A DNA stretch of 64,000 nt from Bacteroidia bacterium (GTDB lineage Bacteria; Bacteroidota; Bacteroidia; UKL13-3), in NCBI GenBank assembly GCA_041665785.1, contig JBAYIE010000020.1, positions 14,789 to 78,788 on the forward strand. Reading direction: 5' to 3'. The notes under the pieces were generated by a model. The model did no database searches and was not told the origin of the DNA. It saw only the letters and a program-made list of their open reading frames with translations. Shown here one piece after another: positions 54,179-62,871 of the stretch (positions within the stretch are counted from its first letter, which is position 1; every line of letters begins with the position of its first letter). The position numbers and the translations under genes were made by a program.

Positions 54179-56770
54179 ATGCAAAAATCCCTTCTTCCGA
54201 TTCTTTTACTTGTGCTGTTGGGCGCCTGCAAAGTAAATAAAAATAATTCCTCGGCAAATGATGGCAAAACGCGCCACATAAAAGAAGTGTTGGTGCGCAC
54301 TGCGCGAACGGTTAAACCCATGGAATACCAGCCGAGTGAAACCAAAATACACGAGCTTCAGCATACCTGGCTGAACTTGTCGTTTGATTATAAAAAGCAA
54401 TATGTTATGGGCAAAGCGTTGTTAACACTGCAGCCCCATTTTTATGCTACCGACAGTGTGCAACTGGATGCAAAAAAAATGTTGCTGCACCGCGTGGCGA
54501 TGGTCAGCGGACGCGATACCACCAACCTCCAATACCGTTACGACGAAGAAGTCATACATATTTACCTGGGTAAAAAATATACCGCCGGAGAACGTTTTTA
54601 TATTTATGTGGATTATACTGCCCGCCCTAACGAAACCACCCGTAAAGGAAGCGCTGCCATTACCGATGCCAAAGGATTGTACTTTATCAATCCAACGGGA
54701 GAAGACGGCAACAAACCGCGTCAGATCTGGACACAAGGAGAAACCCAATCGAACTCATGCTGGTTTCCTACATTGGATGTACCCAATCAGAAAATGACGC
54801 AGGATCTTTTTCTGCGGGTGGATCAAAAAGACATCACGTTATCGAATGGCGAATTGGTTTTATCCAAAGACCATGCAGATGGTACGCGTACGGATCATTG
54901 GAAGCAAACATTGCCGCATGCACCCTATCTGACCATGATTGTAGTGGGTGAATTTGCCGTAGTGAAAGATTATTGGCGCGATAATATGGAGGTGAATTAT
55001 TATGTGGAACCTGCTTATAAACCCTATGCCAAATTGATATTCGGTAATACGCCTGAAATGCTTGAATTGTTTAGTCGAAAACTGGGGGTGGATTATCCGT
55101 GGGAGAAATTTTCGCAAATTGTAGTACGCGATTTCGTGAGCGGTGCAATGGAAAATACATCGGCAGTGATCCATTTCGAACCCTTGCAACACGATGCGCG
55201 TGCTCATCTCGATAATACCTATGAAGATGTGGTTTCGCACGAATTGTTTCACCATTGGTTTGGCGATCTGGTAACATGTGAGTCGTGGTCGAATATTCCG
55301 CTGAACGAATCGTTTGCCACCTACGGTGAATATATCTGGAACGAACACAAATACGGCCGGTTACATGCCGACCATTTGCTGGAAGAAAAACTGAATGCCT
55401 ATCTGAGCAATGGCAATAACAGCGACCGTACCCCGATCCGCTATAAATACAAAAACCGTGAAGATATGTTTGATGCGGTGAGTTATCAGAAGGGCGGACG
55501 CATGCTGCATATGTTGCGTTATGCGGTGGGCGACTCAGCTTTTTACCGCTCTCTGCAAGTATACCTTACTGCGCATAAATTTGGTACAGCCGAAATTCAT
55601 GATCTGCGCCTGGCCTTTGAACAGGTTACCGGACAAGACCTCAACTGGTTTTTTAATCAATGGTTTATGCAGGCCGGACACCCAAAAGTAGTCTTCAATT
55701 ACAAGAAGTCTACAGATGGAAAAAAGGTACAACTAACGGTGCAACAACATCAGGATAAAGACAAATACGGGATCTACCGTTTGCCTCTGGATGTGGACAT
55801 ATACAGTGGCGGAAAGGTGAAGCGGGAATCGATTGTAGTTTCTAACATAGCAGATAGCTTCACGTTTGAATCGGAACATTCTATCGATTTATTGAATCCG
55901 GATGCGGAGCGTGTGTTGGTTGCTGAAATTACCGACAATAAAAGCAAATCAGAATTAGCTTTTCAATTTTTACATGCACCGCGTTATGCCGATAAATGGT
56001 ATGCGTTAAAAAACTATACCGGTGATACTACAATAGCTCCCGACTCTAATCTGTTGGTGATGGCTGATTATGCGTTGCAACATTCCTATTATGGTATTCG
56101 GGCAATGGGGCTCATCATTTTAGCCGGAGCAACACCACAACAATTCAAAACGTACGAATTCCGTTTGCGACAAATAGGCAAATTTGATTCTATAGCCAGT
56201 ATTCGCCGCGATGTGATCGAATTACTACAAAACCAGGATCCACAGGCCTTTGCCGCATTATTCGAAGACCGGATCAACGATTCGTCGTATCAGGTTTCGG
56301 CAGCCGCATTGGTAGCGCTCAACAAAGCAAATCCGAAAAAAGCGATGCATATAGCCTCATCGCTCGAAAAAGAAACCAACGGTGAATTGTTATCAGCGGT
56401 TTCTACCATTTATGCGCAAAGTGGTGACTCTACAAAATATCCATTCTTTATTCCGGCTATCAAAAAAGGCGGGCCATACCGCTTTTCGCTGTTACAGGAT
56501 TTCTGGGAATATACCATGATGCAAATGCCGGCAACACAACTGCGTTGTCTGGATGAACTCAGGAAGTTCAACGAAACAGCCGACACGTATGAACGCTATA
56601 TCAACAAACAACTTGCCTTGCAAATGAAGTCGCAACACGATGGTTTGCAAACTGAGCTCAACCTTATGCTCAAAAAACAGAAAAAGGATTCGGAACAGGC
56701 CAGGCGCATACAATTGGCGCTGGAGGATATAGATCGGGTGAATGAAAAGTTGGAGGAGTTTATTAGGTAG
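54179..56770 (+). CDS. M1-family aminopeptidase N lipoprotein
   Basis: Lipobox LLGAC, GAMEN exopeptidase motif, HELFHHWFGD…NESFA zinc site, HEAT-like C-terminal region. Confidence 0.9.
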   Translation: MQKSLLPILLLVLLGACKVNKNNSSANDGKTRHIKEVLVRTARTVKPMEYQPSETKIHELQHTWLNLSFDYKKQYVMGKALLTLQPHFYATDSVQLDAKKMLLHRVAMVSGRDTTNLQYRYDEEVIHIYLGKKYTAGERFYIYVDYTARPNETTRKGSAAITDAKGLYFINPTGEDGNKPRQIWTQGETQSNSCWFPTLDVPNQKMTQDLFLRVDQKDITLSNGELVLSKDHADGTRTDHWKQTLPHAPYLTMIVVGEFAVVKDYWRDNMEVNYYVEPAYKPYAKLIFGNTPEMLELFSRKLGVDYPWEKFSQIVVRDFVSGAMENTSAVIHFEPLQHDARAHLDNTYEDVVSHELFHHWFGDLVTCESWSNIPLNESFATYGEYIWNEHKYGRLHADHLLEEKLNAYLSNGNNSDRTPIRYKYKNREDMFDAVSYQKGGRMLHMLRYAVGDSAFYRSLQVYLTAHKFGTAEIHDLRLAFEQVTGQDLNWFFNQWFMQAGHPKVVFNYKKSTDGKKVQLTVQQHQDKDKYGIYRLPLDVDIYSGGKVKRESIVVSNIADSFTFESEHSIDLLNPDAERVLVAEITDNKSKSELAFQFLHAPRYADKWYALKNYTGDTTIAPDSNLLVMADYALQHSYYGIRAMGLIILAGATPQQFKTYEFRLRQIGKFDSIASIRRDVIELLQNQDPQAFAALFEDRINDSSYQVSAAALVALNKANPKKAMHIASSLEKETNGELLSAVSTIYAQSGDSTKYPFFIPAIKKGGPYRFSLLQDFWEYTMMQMPATQLRCLDELRKFNETADTYERYINKQLALQMKSQHDGLQTELNLMLKKQKKDSEQARRIQLALEDIDRVNEKLEEFIR

Positions 56771-56786
56771 TTTTATCAAACAGAAG

Positions 56787-56849
56787 TACAAAACACGAAT
56801 TACGAAGTACAAATTACGAAGTACGAAGTACGAATTACAAAGTTCGAAG
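56787..56849 (+). repeat. heptamer microsatellite (TACGAAG / TACGAAT / TACAAAT units)
   Basis: Nine consecutive 7-nt units read directly: tacaaaa cacgaat tacgaag tacaaat tacgaag tacgaag tacgaat tacaaag ttcgaag. Confidence 0.85.
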
Positions 56850-57228
56850 TAGCTGACCAAAGAGCCTTTGCCCGATAAGCAAGATGTCGCTACCATGGAA
56901 ACATAATTATTTCATCCACCGTAGCTTTAGCGGAGGTGGACATAATTACAAATTACGAAGTACGAAGTACGAAGTAGCTGACCAGAGAGCCTTTGCCCGA
57001 TAAGCAAGATGTCGCTACCATGGAAACATAATTATTTCATCCACCGTAGCTTTAGCGGAGGTGGACATAATTACGAATTACGAATTACGAAGTACGAAGT
57101 AGCTGACCAGAGAGCCTTTGCCCGATAAGCAAGATGTCGCTACCATGGAAACATAATTATTTCATCCACCGCAGCTTTAGCGGAGGTGGACATAATTACG
57201 AAGTACGTAGTAGCTGACCAGAGAGCTT
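56846..57228 (+). repeat. 125-bp tandem repeat, three full copies plus a partial fourth
   Basis: Core GAAGTAGCTGACCAGAGAGCCTTTGCCCGATAAGCAAGATGTCGCTACCATGGAAACATAATTATTTCATCCACCGTAGCTTTAGCGGAGGTGGACATAATTA starts at 56846, 56971 and 57096. A truncated copy lies at 57207-57228. Confidence 0.9.
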
Positions 57229-57240
57229 TTACTCAATAAT

Positions 57241-57317
57241 GAATAACAATTAACGAATAACAATTAACTAATAACCATTAACGAATAACGAATAACTAAT
57301 AACCATTAACCAATAAC
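57241..57317 (+). repeat. heptamer microsatellite (NAWTAAC x 11)
   Basis: gaataac aattaac gaataac aattaac taataac cattaac gaataac gaataac taataac cattaac caataac. Confidence 0.85.
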
Positions 57318-57327
57318 TTCCCCCAAT

Positions 57328-58443
57328 TTGCTTTACATTTGGTGCGAAAAACAAATTCATTCCTTGAATTTTCTCAACACCAGAAAATACTCCGCTAAAG
57401 CACAGATTTTCATTTGTGTTTCCCTCACTATATTGATTTCAGTTTTGTGTTTTGTGAGCGCATCATTACTTGGATATAGAGTTGTGGCTTTGCTTTTGCT
57501 ATTCTCGGTTTCAATTCTGGCGGTATTGTTTGAAATAATTCCGGTTTTGATTTCGGCTTTGCTTAGTGCCCTGATCTGGAATTATTTCTTTATTCCTCCC
57601 CTCTTCACATTTCATATTCACAGTACAGAGGATATGCTGATGTTCCTTTCTTATTTTTTTATCGCCCTGGTAAACGCTGTTCTGACCTTTAAAATCAGAA
57701 AAGAAGAAAAGAAAAACAGAGATAAAGAGGAGAAAGAAAATTCAATCAGACTTTACAATACCCTGCTCAATTCCCTTTCACACGAATTGCGAACTCCTTT
57801 GTCGACCATAGTAGGTGCAATGGATACATTAAAAGAAAACCAGGCTCAACTGTCAAAAACAAACAAGGACGAATTATTGAATCAGATTGATGAAGCCAGT
57901 ATGCAATTAAACCGACAGGTCGAAAACCTGTTAAACATGAGTCGGTTAGAAAGTGGAATGCTCCGGCTCAACCTGGATTGGTGCGACACCAATGAATTGA
58001 TCTATACCGTGATCCAACCTTTTGCTACGAATCAAAGTCATCGCATTTTATTTGTACCCGATGAACAATTGCCCTTGTTTAAATACGATAGAGGATTAAT
58101 GGAACAGGTTCTTCAAAATTTATTATTGAATGCGATCAAGCATACACCTTCCGGAACTCAAATTAAGATTTCGGCCACGCTGGAAGCAGATTGTTGTACC
58201 ATTCGCATAGCGGATAACGGAACAGGTATTCCGGAAGAGGAAATGAAACATGTGTTTGAAAAATTTCACCGGATACCACAATCCAAAACAGGTGGTATTG
58301 GTCTGGGTTTATCGATAGTGAAAGGATTTGTGGAGGCTCACCAGGGAAGAATCCGGCTTGAAAAAAATGAGGAAAAAGGTGTTACCTTTTCCATTTCAAT
58401 TCCTGCAGAAGTATCTTACCTCAATCTTTTGAAACATGAGTAA
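57328..58443 (+). CDS. sensor histidine kinase of the KdpD C-terminal type (DUF4118 membrane domain, HisKA, HATPase_c); lacks the KdpD N-terminal sensor/Usp half
   Basis: Membrane domain with …IWNYFFIPPLFTFHI…, H-box LSHELRTPLSTI, ATPase N/G boxes (LLLNAIKHTP, DNGTGIP, GGIGLGLSIV). The start is uncertain: TTG at 57328 or TTG at 57364, and no in-frame ATG until about aa 103. Confidence 0.8.
   Translation: MLYIWCEKQIHSLNFLNTRKYSAKAQIFICVSLTILISVLCFVSASLLGYRVVALLLLFSVSILAVLFEIIPVLISALLSALIWNYFFIPPLFTFHIHSTEDMLMFLSYFFIALVNAVLTFKIRKEEKKNRDKEEKENSIRLYNTLLNSLSHELRTPLSTIVGAMDTLKENQAQLSKTNKDELLNQIDEASMQLNRQVENLLNMSRLESGMLRLNLDWCDTNELIYTVIQPFATNQSHRILFVPDEQLPLFKYDRGLMEQVLQNLLLNAIKHTPSGTQIKISATLEADCCTIRIADNGTGIPEEEMKHVFEKFHRIPQSKTGGIGLGLSIVKGFVEAHQGRIRLEKNEEKGVTFSISIPAEVSYLNLLKHE
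57334..57341 (+). promoter_or_regulatory. Bacteroidota -7 box TACATTTG
   Basis: Matches TAnnTTTG. It lies inside the ORF-track TTG start (57328) and 23 nt before an in-frame TTG at 57364. Confidence 0.35.
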
Positions 58444-59113
58444 ACCAGAGATTCTGATCATCGACGATGAACCGCAAATTCGGAAATTGCTTGAAATCAC
58501 CCTGGAAAGTCAGGAATATAAAGTATGGCAGGCTGAAAACGGAAAAGAAGGGCTTTTAATGGCGGCTCATCATCCACCAGACCTTATTATATTAGACCTT
58601 GGATTACCGGATAAGAGCGGTCATGAAGTATTGAAGGAATTGCGAACCTGGTATAATAAATCCATCTTAATACTTTCGGTAATCAATAATGAAACCGATA
58701 TTGTAAGTGCACTCGATCATGGTGCATCAGATTACCTGACCAAACCATTTCGCAGTGCTGAACTTTTAGCACGCATTCGTTCGGCATTACGCAGGAATTT
58801 GCCGATAAACAATGATACAAAACTGATTTGTAATGATCTGGAAATTGATCTTACAGGACGGGTTATTAAAAAAAACGGAGTCTTTATTAAACTCACAACG
58901 ACCGAATTCAACGTACTGGCTTTACTGGCGAAAAATGAAGGTCGCGTTTTAACTCATACGTATATGCTCAAAGAAATCTGGGGTGTCGGATATCAGACTG
59001 AAACCCAGTACCTGCGCGTTTTTATTGGCACTTTACGCAAGAAAATTGAAGACGACCCTAATAATCCCACTCATATTATTACTGAAAGCGGTGTGGGGTA
59101 TCGTTTTGCCTGA
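58436..59113 (+). CDS. kdpE: OmpR-family response regulator, KdpE-like
   Basis: Closely colinear with E. coli KdpE as I recall it (ILIIDDEPQIRK…PDLIILDLGLPD…DYLTKPF…LLARIRSALRR), plus a winged-helix C-terminus. 8-nt overlap with the kinase gene. Confidence 0.8.
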   Translation: MSKPEILIIDDEPQIRKLLEITLESQEYKVWQAENGKEGLLMAAHHPPDLIILDLGLPDKSGHEVLKELRTWYNKSILILSVINNETDIVSALDHGASDYLTKPFRSAELLARIRSALRRNLPINNDTKLICNDLEIDLTGRVIKKNGVFIKLTTTEFNVLALLAKNEGRVLTHTYMLKEIWGVGYQTETQYLRVFIGTLRKKIEDDPNNPTHIITESGVGYRFA

Positions 59114-59305
59114 GGCGGTAAAATCAGGCGCTTCAGGTCTTCCTGACTGGAAGTGATCATTTCCCATTTTAATATGTAGAAGAAAGTAAAGTGGAGGAAA
59201 AAGAACAGATCTTCTTTATGAAATCTTTATTTCCAAACCCACACCTTTTATATTTCACCAATATCCTGCATAGCACCTTTGTAAAGACAAAATTACAAGC
59301 AGGAA

Positions 59306-61267
59306 ATGAAATCCAATTCATCGGGAAATAAAGTGACTGCAGCAACTCTGCTGGTCGCTTTGGGAATTATATATGGCGATATCGGAACCAGTCCGCTTTA
59401 TGTTTTAAAAGCAATTGTTGGAGATCGTCCTATAACCGAAACACTGGTGTACGGAGGAATATCCTGTGTATTCTGGACCCTGACTTTTCTAACCACTTTC
59501 AAATACATTTATCTCACCCTGAAAGCCGACAATCATGGTGAAGGGGGAATTTTTTCGTTGTATGCGCTGGTAAGGCGTTATGGTAAATTCATGGTAATCC
59601 CCACCATTCTGGGAGCAACTACCTTATTGGCCGATGGAATCATTACACCCCCTATTTCGGTAGCTTCTGCGGTTGAGGGACTGACTTTCATAAATGGGCT
59701 GGAACATATGCCCACAGTACCCCTTGTTGTAGTTATCCTTTCCGTCTTGTTTTTCTTTCAACGCTATGGAACCTATAAAGTTGGATCAACATTTGGACCG
59801 GCCATGCTGGTTTGGTTTACTATGCTATCCATTTTGGGACTTATACAAATTGCTCAACATCCTGCCATTCTCCAGGCACTCAATCCGATTTATGCGTATA
59901 GATTCCTGATCGAAAATCCGCATGGATTCTGGTTACTCGGAGCAGTTTTCCTTGCAACCACCGGTGCTGAAGCGTTGTATTCAGATTTGGGTCATTGTGG
60001 TAAAAAAAATATCCGGATTACCTGGGTCGGGGTTAAAACCGCACTGATGATTAACTACATGGGACAGGCAGCATGGCTGATGAATCAGGGAAAGAATACT
60101 TTTCTGGATGGTCGTAATCCATTCTTCGAAATTATGCCGCATTGGTTTCTGATTCCGGGCATTCTCATTGCTACAATGGCGGCAATCATTGCTTCGCAAG
60201 CCATGATCAGTGGTAGTTATACTCTCATCAGCGAAGCAATAAATCTCAATTTCTGGCCAAGGGTTAAAGTAAAACAACCTACTGAGATGAAAGGTCAGAT
60301 TTACATCCCATCGGTTAATACCATTCTATGGATCGGCTGTATTCTAATGATCCTTTATTTTCAAAACTCAACACATATGGAAGCTGCGTATGGCTTCAGC
60401 ATAACAGTCACCATGATGATGACTACCTATCTGCTGGCGCATTTTCTTTGGTATAAATTGAAATGGAACAAGGTGTTTATTATTTTCCTGCTGTTTCTGT
60501 TCGCTTCGGTTGAAATTTCATTTTTTGTGGCCAATGTTGCCAAAATCAAAGAGCGGTGGATGTTTTTGTTTTTCGAGTTATTCATCTTCCTGATCATGTA
60601 CGTGTGGTACTATGCCCGTAAAATCAACAACCGGTATACACAGTTTAATGATCTGGGTAAACATGTACAACAGATACAAGAACTTAGCATTGATCCATCC
60701 ATTCCGGTATTCTCAACCCATCTCATTTATCTGACCAAAGCAAATTCGCGTCATCAGATCGAAGAGAAAATCATCAAATCGATCTTCGCCAAGAAACCCA
60801 AACGTGCTAATGTTTATTGGTTTGTACATATCCATCGTACGCTGGAACCTTATACCCTCACCTACGATGTTACAGAACTGGTGGATGACAAAATAATTAA
60901 GGTAAATATTCATGTTGGTTTCCGGATTCAACCGAGAACAGAGCTTTTTTTCAAGAAAATTGTACAGGATCTGGTCAACAACAAAGAACTGCACCTGCAT
61001 ACACGACCTGATGGCAGTACCAAATACAACGCCGAACCCGATTTTAAATTTGTGGTCATCGAAAAATTCCTGTCGGTTGAAAATGAATTTACCCTCAGGG
61101 AAGGCTTGTTGTTAAACGCTTATTTCTATCTTAAAATGTTAGGTCTGAGCGACGAAAAAGCATTTGGTCTCGACAAAAGTGATGTTGTTGTTGAACAAAT
61201 TCCCCTGATTTATCAACCTGCACAATCCATTGAATTAACACGCAACCCATCATCCAATCAGTTATGA
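59306..61267 (+). CDS. kup: KUP/HAK/KT-family potassium transporter Kup
   Basis: Signature GIIYGDIGTSPLYV, 12 TM helices, and a cytoplasmic C-terminal domain. Confidence 0.92.
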   Translation: MKSNSSGNKVTAATLLVALGIIYGDIGTSPLYVLKAIVGDRPITETLVYGGISCVFWTLTFLTTFKYIYLTLKADNHGEGGIFSLYALVRRYGKFMVIPTILGATTLLADGIITPPISVASAVEGLTFINGLEHMPTVPLVVVILSVLFFFQRYGTYKVGSTFGPAMLVWFTMLSILGLIQIAQHPAILQALNPIYAYRFLIENPHGFWLLGAVFLATTGAEALYSDLGHCGKKNIRITWVGVKTALMINYMGQAAWLMNQGKNTFLDGRNPFFEIMPHWFLIPGILIATMAAIIASQAMISGSYTLISEAINLNFWPRVKVKQPTEMKGQIYIPSVNTILWIGCILMILYFQNSTHMEAAYGFSITVTMMMTTYLLAHFLWYKLKWNKVFIIFLLFLFASVEISFFVANVAKIKERWMFLFFELFIFLIMYVWYYARKINNRYTQFNDLGKHVQQIQELSIDPSIPVFSTHLIYLTKANSRHQIEEKIIKSIFAKKPKRANVYWFVHIHRTLEPYTLTYDVTELVDDKIIKVNIHVGFRIQPRTELFFKKIVQDLVNNKELHLHTRPDGSTKYNAEPDFKFVVIEKFLSVENEFTLREGLLLNAYFYLKMLGLSDEKAFGLDKSDVVVEQIPLIYQPAQSIELTRNPSSNQL

Positions 61268-62646
61268 GAAGTTTCATTTATACCTTATTGTTATTTGTTT
61301 GCATTTCTGCCACAGCACAGGAATCAGATTTGGTACATACCGGCGATATTCAAAAGAGTAAGACACCCTTTGCTGATCTGGATATGACCTGGCAAAACGG
61401 AAGCGACCGAAGGGAACGTGATATCTGGAAAGATCTGAGGTATTTTAAGCCTTCAATGTTTCTGGATGTGAACTATACTTATTCGTTACATAATCCCATC
61501 GATAATACCGTTGTGGGTTCAACCGCGTTAACACGCAACAACGAAGTTCAACTTTCAGCTTTGCACCTGGGTGGCGATTTTGAATATGAGGGAGCGCGGG
61601 CCAGAGTTATGACTCAGTTTGGAACACGTTCGCAGGTTGTACCCCGCAACGACTTCAGCCCATACCGCGGTCAGTATCAGCTGGCAAATGTATACCGCTA
61701 TTTGAGCGAAGCTTATGCAGGTTATCATTTCAATGTTGGGTATGGAATCAATGTGGATGCCGGCCTCTTTATGTCGTATATCGGATTAAATTCCTTTTAT
61801 CAGGCCGAGAATTGGGAGTATCAGGCATCTTTCACTTCCGATAATACACCCTGGTTTTTTAATGGAATCAGAATACAATTTCATCCAACACGTCATCTGA
61901 AAATTGAACCGTGGATTATCAACGGTTGGCAAAGCTATGGCAAATTCAATTCCATGCCGGGAGTGGGTGGTAATATTACCTGGGTGCCATCCGACAACCT
62001 GAAACTGCTTACCAATAATTATTATGGAACCGATGCTGCCGGTTTATCTGCACGCAAGCGATTTCATTCCGATAACAGTGTTCTGGTGCGTTATTACAAC
62101 AACCCGCAATCGCATAATGTATCCCGCATGGCATTTTCACTTACCGGTGATATTGGTTTTGAAAAAGGCGCCGGTGTAAATGGTTTTTCGAATGGCGATA
62201 GCCTTCAGGGACCGGCACAATATTTTGCTAGCGTGATGTTTTACAACCGCATTTGGTTTGCTCAAAACAAATGGGCCTGGACAATTGGAGGGGGTCTGAT
62301 GACCAATCCCGGGAGGTATCTGGTGCTGTATCCAACCGGACAGGCAAGTCCATTACCCAATCCCACAAACCCAACACAAACCGAAGGTGCTTATCCCTTC
62401 AGTGCAAAAGCAGGAGATCTTTTCAAAGGTTGGGACTGTTCGACCAATCTGGATTTTATGCCCAATCAAAGTCTCACGATCAGGCTCGAATGGGTTTATC
62501 GGAATGCCAGTGTGCCTTATTTTGCAGGCCGGGGCGGTGTAACTTCCCGAACCGGATATGCAACTACTCCCTTAGATCCAACATGGCGACCCGACCTCGT
62601 TAAATCTGAAACCAGGATCATTCTGGCGATGTTGTTCAGGATCTAA
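61264..62646 (+). CDS. outer-membrane beta-barrel porin-like protein
   Basis: Signal peptide …CISATAQE and an alternating-strand pattern over 460 aa. ATGA overlap with kup implies translational coupling. Confidence 0.65.
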   Translation: MRSFIYTLLLFVCISATAQESDLVHTGDIQKSKTPFADLDMTWQNGSDRRERDIWKDLRYFKPSMFLDVNYTYSLHNPIDNTVVGSTALTRNNEVQLSALHLGGDFEYEGARARVMTQFGTRSQVVPRNDFSPYRGQYQLANVYRYLSEAYAGYHFNVGYGINVDAGLFMSYIGLNSFYQAENWEYQASFTSDNTPWFFNGIRIQFHPTRHLKIEPWIINGWQSYGKFNSMPGVGGNITWVPSDNLKLLTNNYYGTDAAGLSARKRFHSDNSVLVRYYNNPQSHNVSRMAFSLTGDIGFEKGAGVNGFSNGDSLQGPAQYFASVMFYNRIWFAQNKWAWTIGGGLMTNPGRYLVLYPTGQASPLPNPTNPTQTEGAYPFSAKAGDLFKGWDCSTNLDFMPNQSLTIRLEWVYRNASVPYFAGRGGVTSRTGYATTPLDPTWRPDLVKSETRIILAMLFRI

Positions 62647-62672
62647 GGCAATAGAAGAGAATGGGTTGAATT

Positions 62673-62719
62673 ACATAATTATTTCATCCACCGTAGCCTT
62701 GGCGGAGGTGGACATAATT
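62673..62719 (+). repeat. single copy of the hairpin core of the 125-bp tandem repeat
   Basis: ACATAATTATTTCATCCACCGTAGCCTTGGCGGAGGTGGACATAATT. Identical to the 56.9-57.2 kb copies except T>C and A>G at two adjacent-to-loop positions. Confidence 0.85.
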
Positions 62720-62726
62720 TTCGTAC

Positions 62727-62854
62727 AGACGCGATTTATCGCGTCTCATATTCAGACGCGATTTATCTCGTCTCATATTCTTGCTCCAATAATTGCATCC
62801 GATTATTAAATGCGATAAATCGCATTCATTAATTAGACGCGATAAATCGCGTCT
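62727..62854. repeat. four copies of an 18-20-bp palindrome (AGACGCGATWWATCGCGTCT type)
   Basis: 62727-62746 AGACGCGATTTATCGCGTCT. 62754-62773 AGACGCGATTTATCTCGTCT. 62809-62826 AATGCGATAAATCGCATT. 62835-62854 AGACGCGATAAATCGCGTCT. Confidence 0.85.
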
Positions 62855-62871
62855 CTACGTATCTTCGTGTC

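Noticed and set aside
56846-57228. The 125-bp tandem repeats might be a CRISPR array or a repeat-protein coding region.
   Set aside because: The units are contiguous with no unique spacers. The only ORF across them (56492..56896, minus) is a translation of the heptamer satellite (…YFVLRNLYFVIRVLYF…) and overlaps the end of the aminopeptidase gene.
59114-59305. A possible K+-related riboswitch or leader (such as the c-di-AMP ydaO class) upstream of kup.
   Set aside because: I could not find the conserved ACGGGGA/CCCG-type pseudo-symmetric motifs or a convincing multi-stem structure by eye. It needs an Rfam/Infernal scan to be excluded properly.
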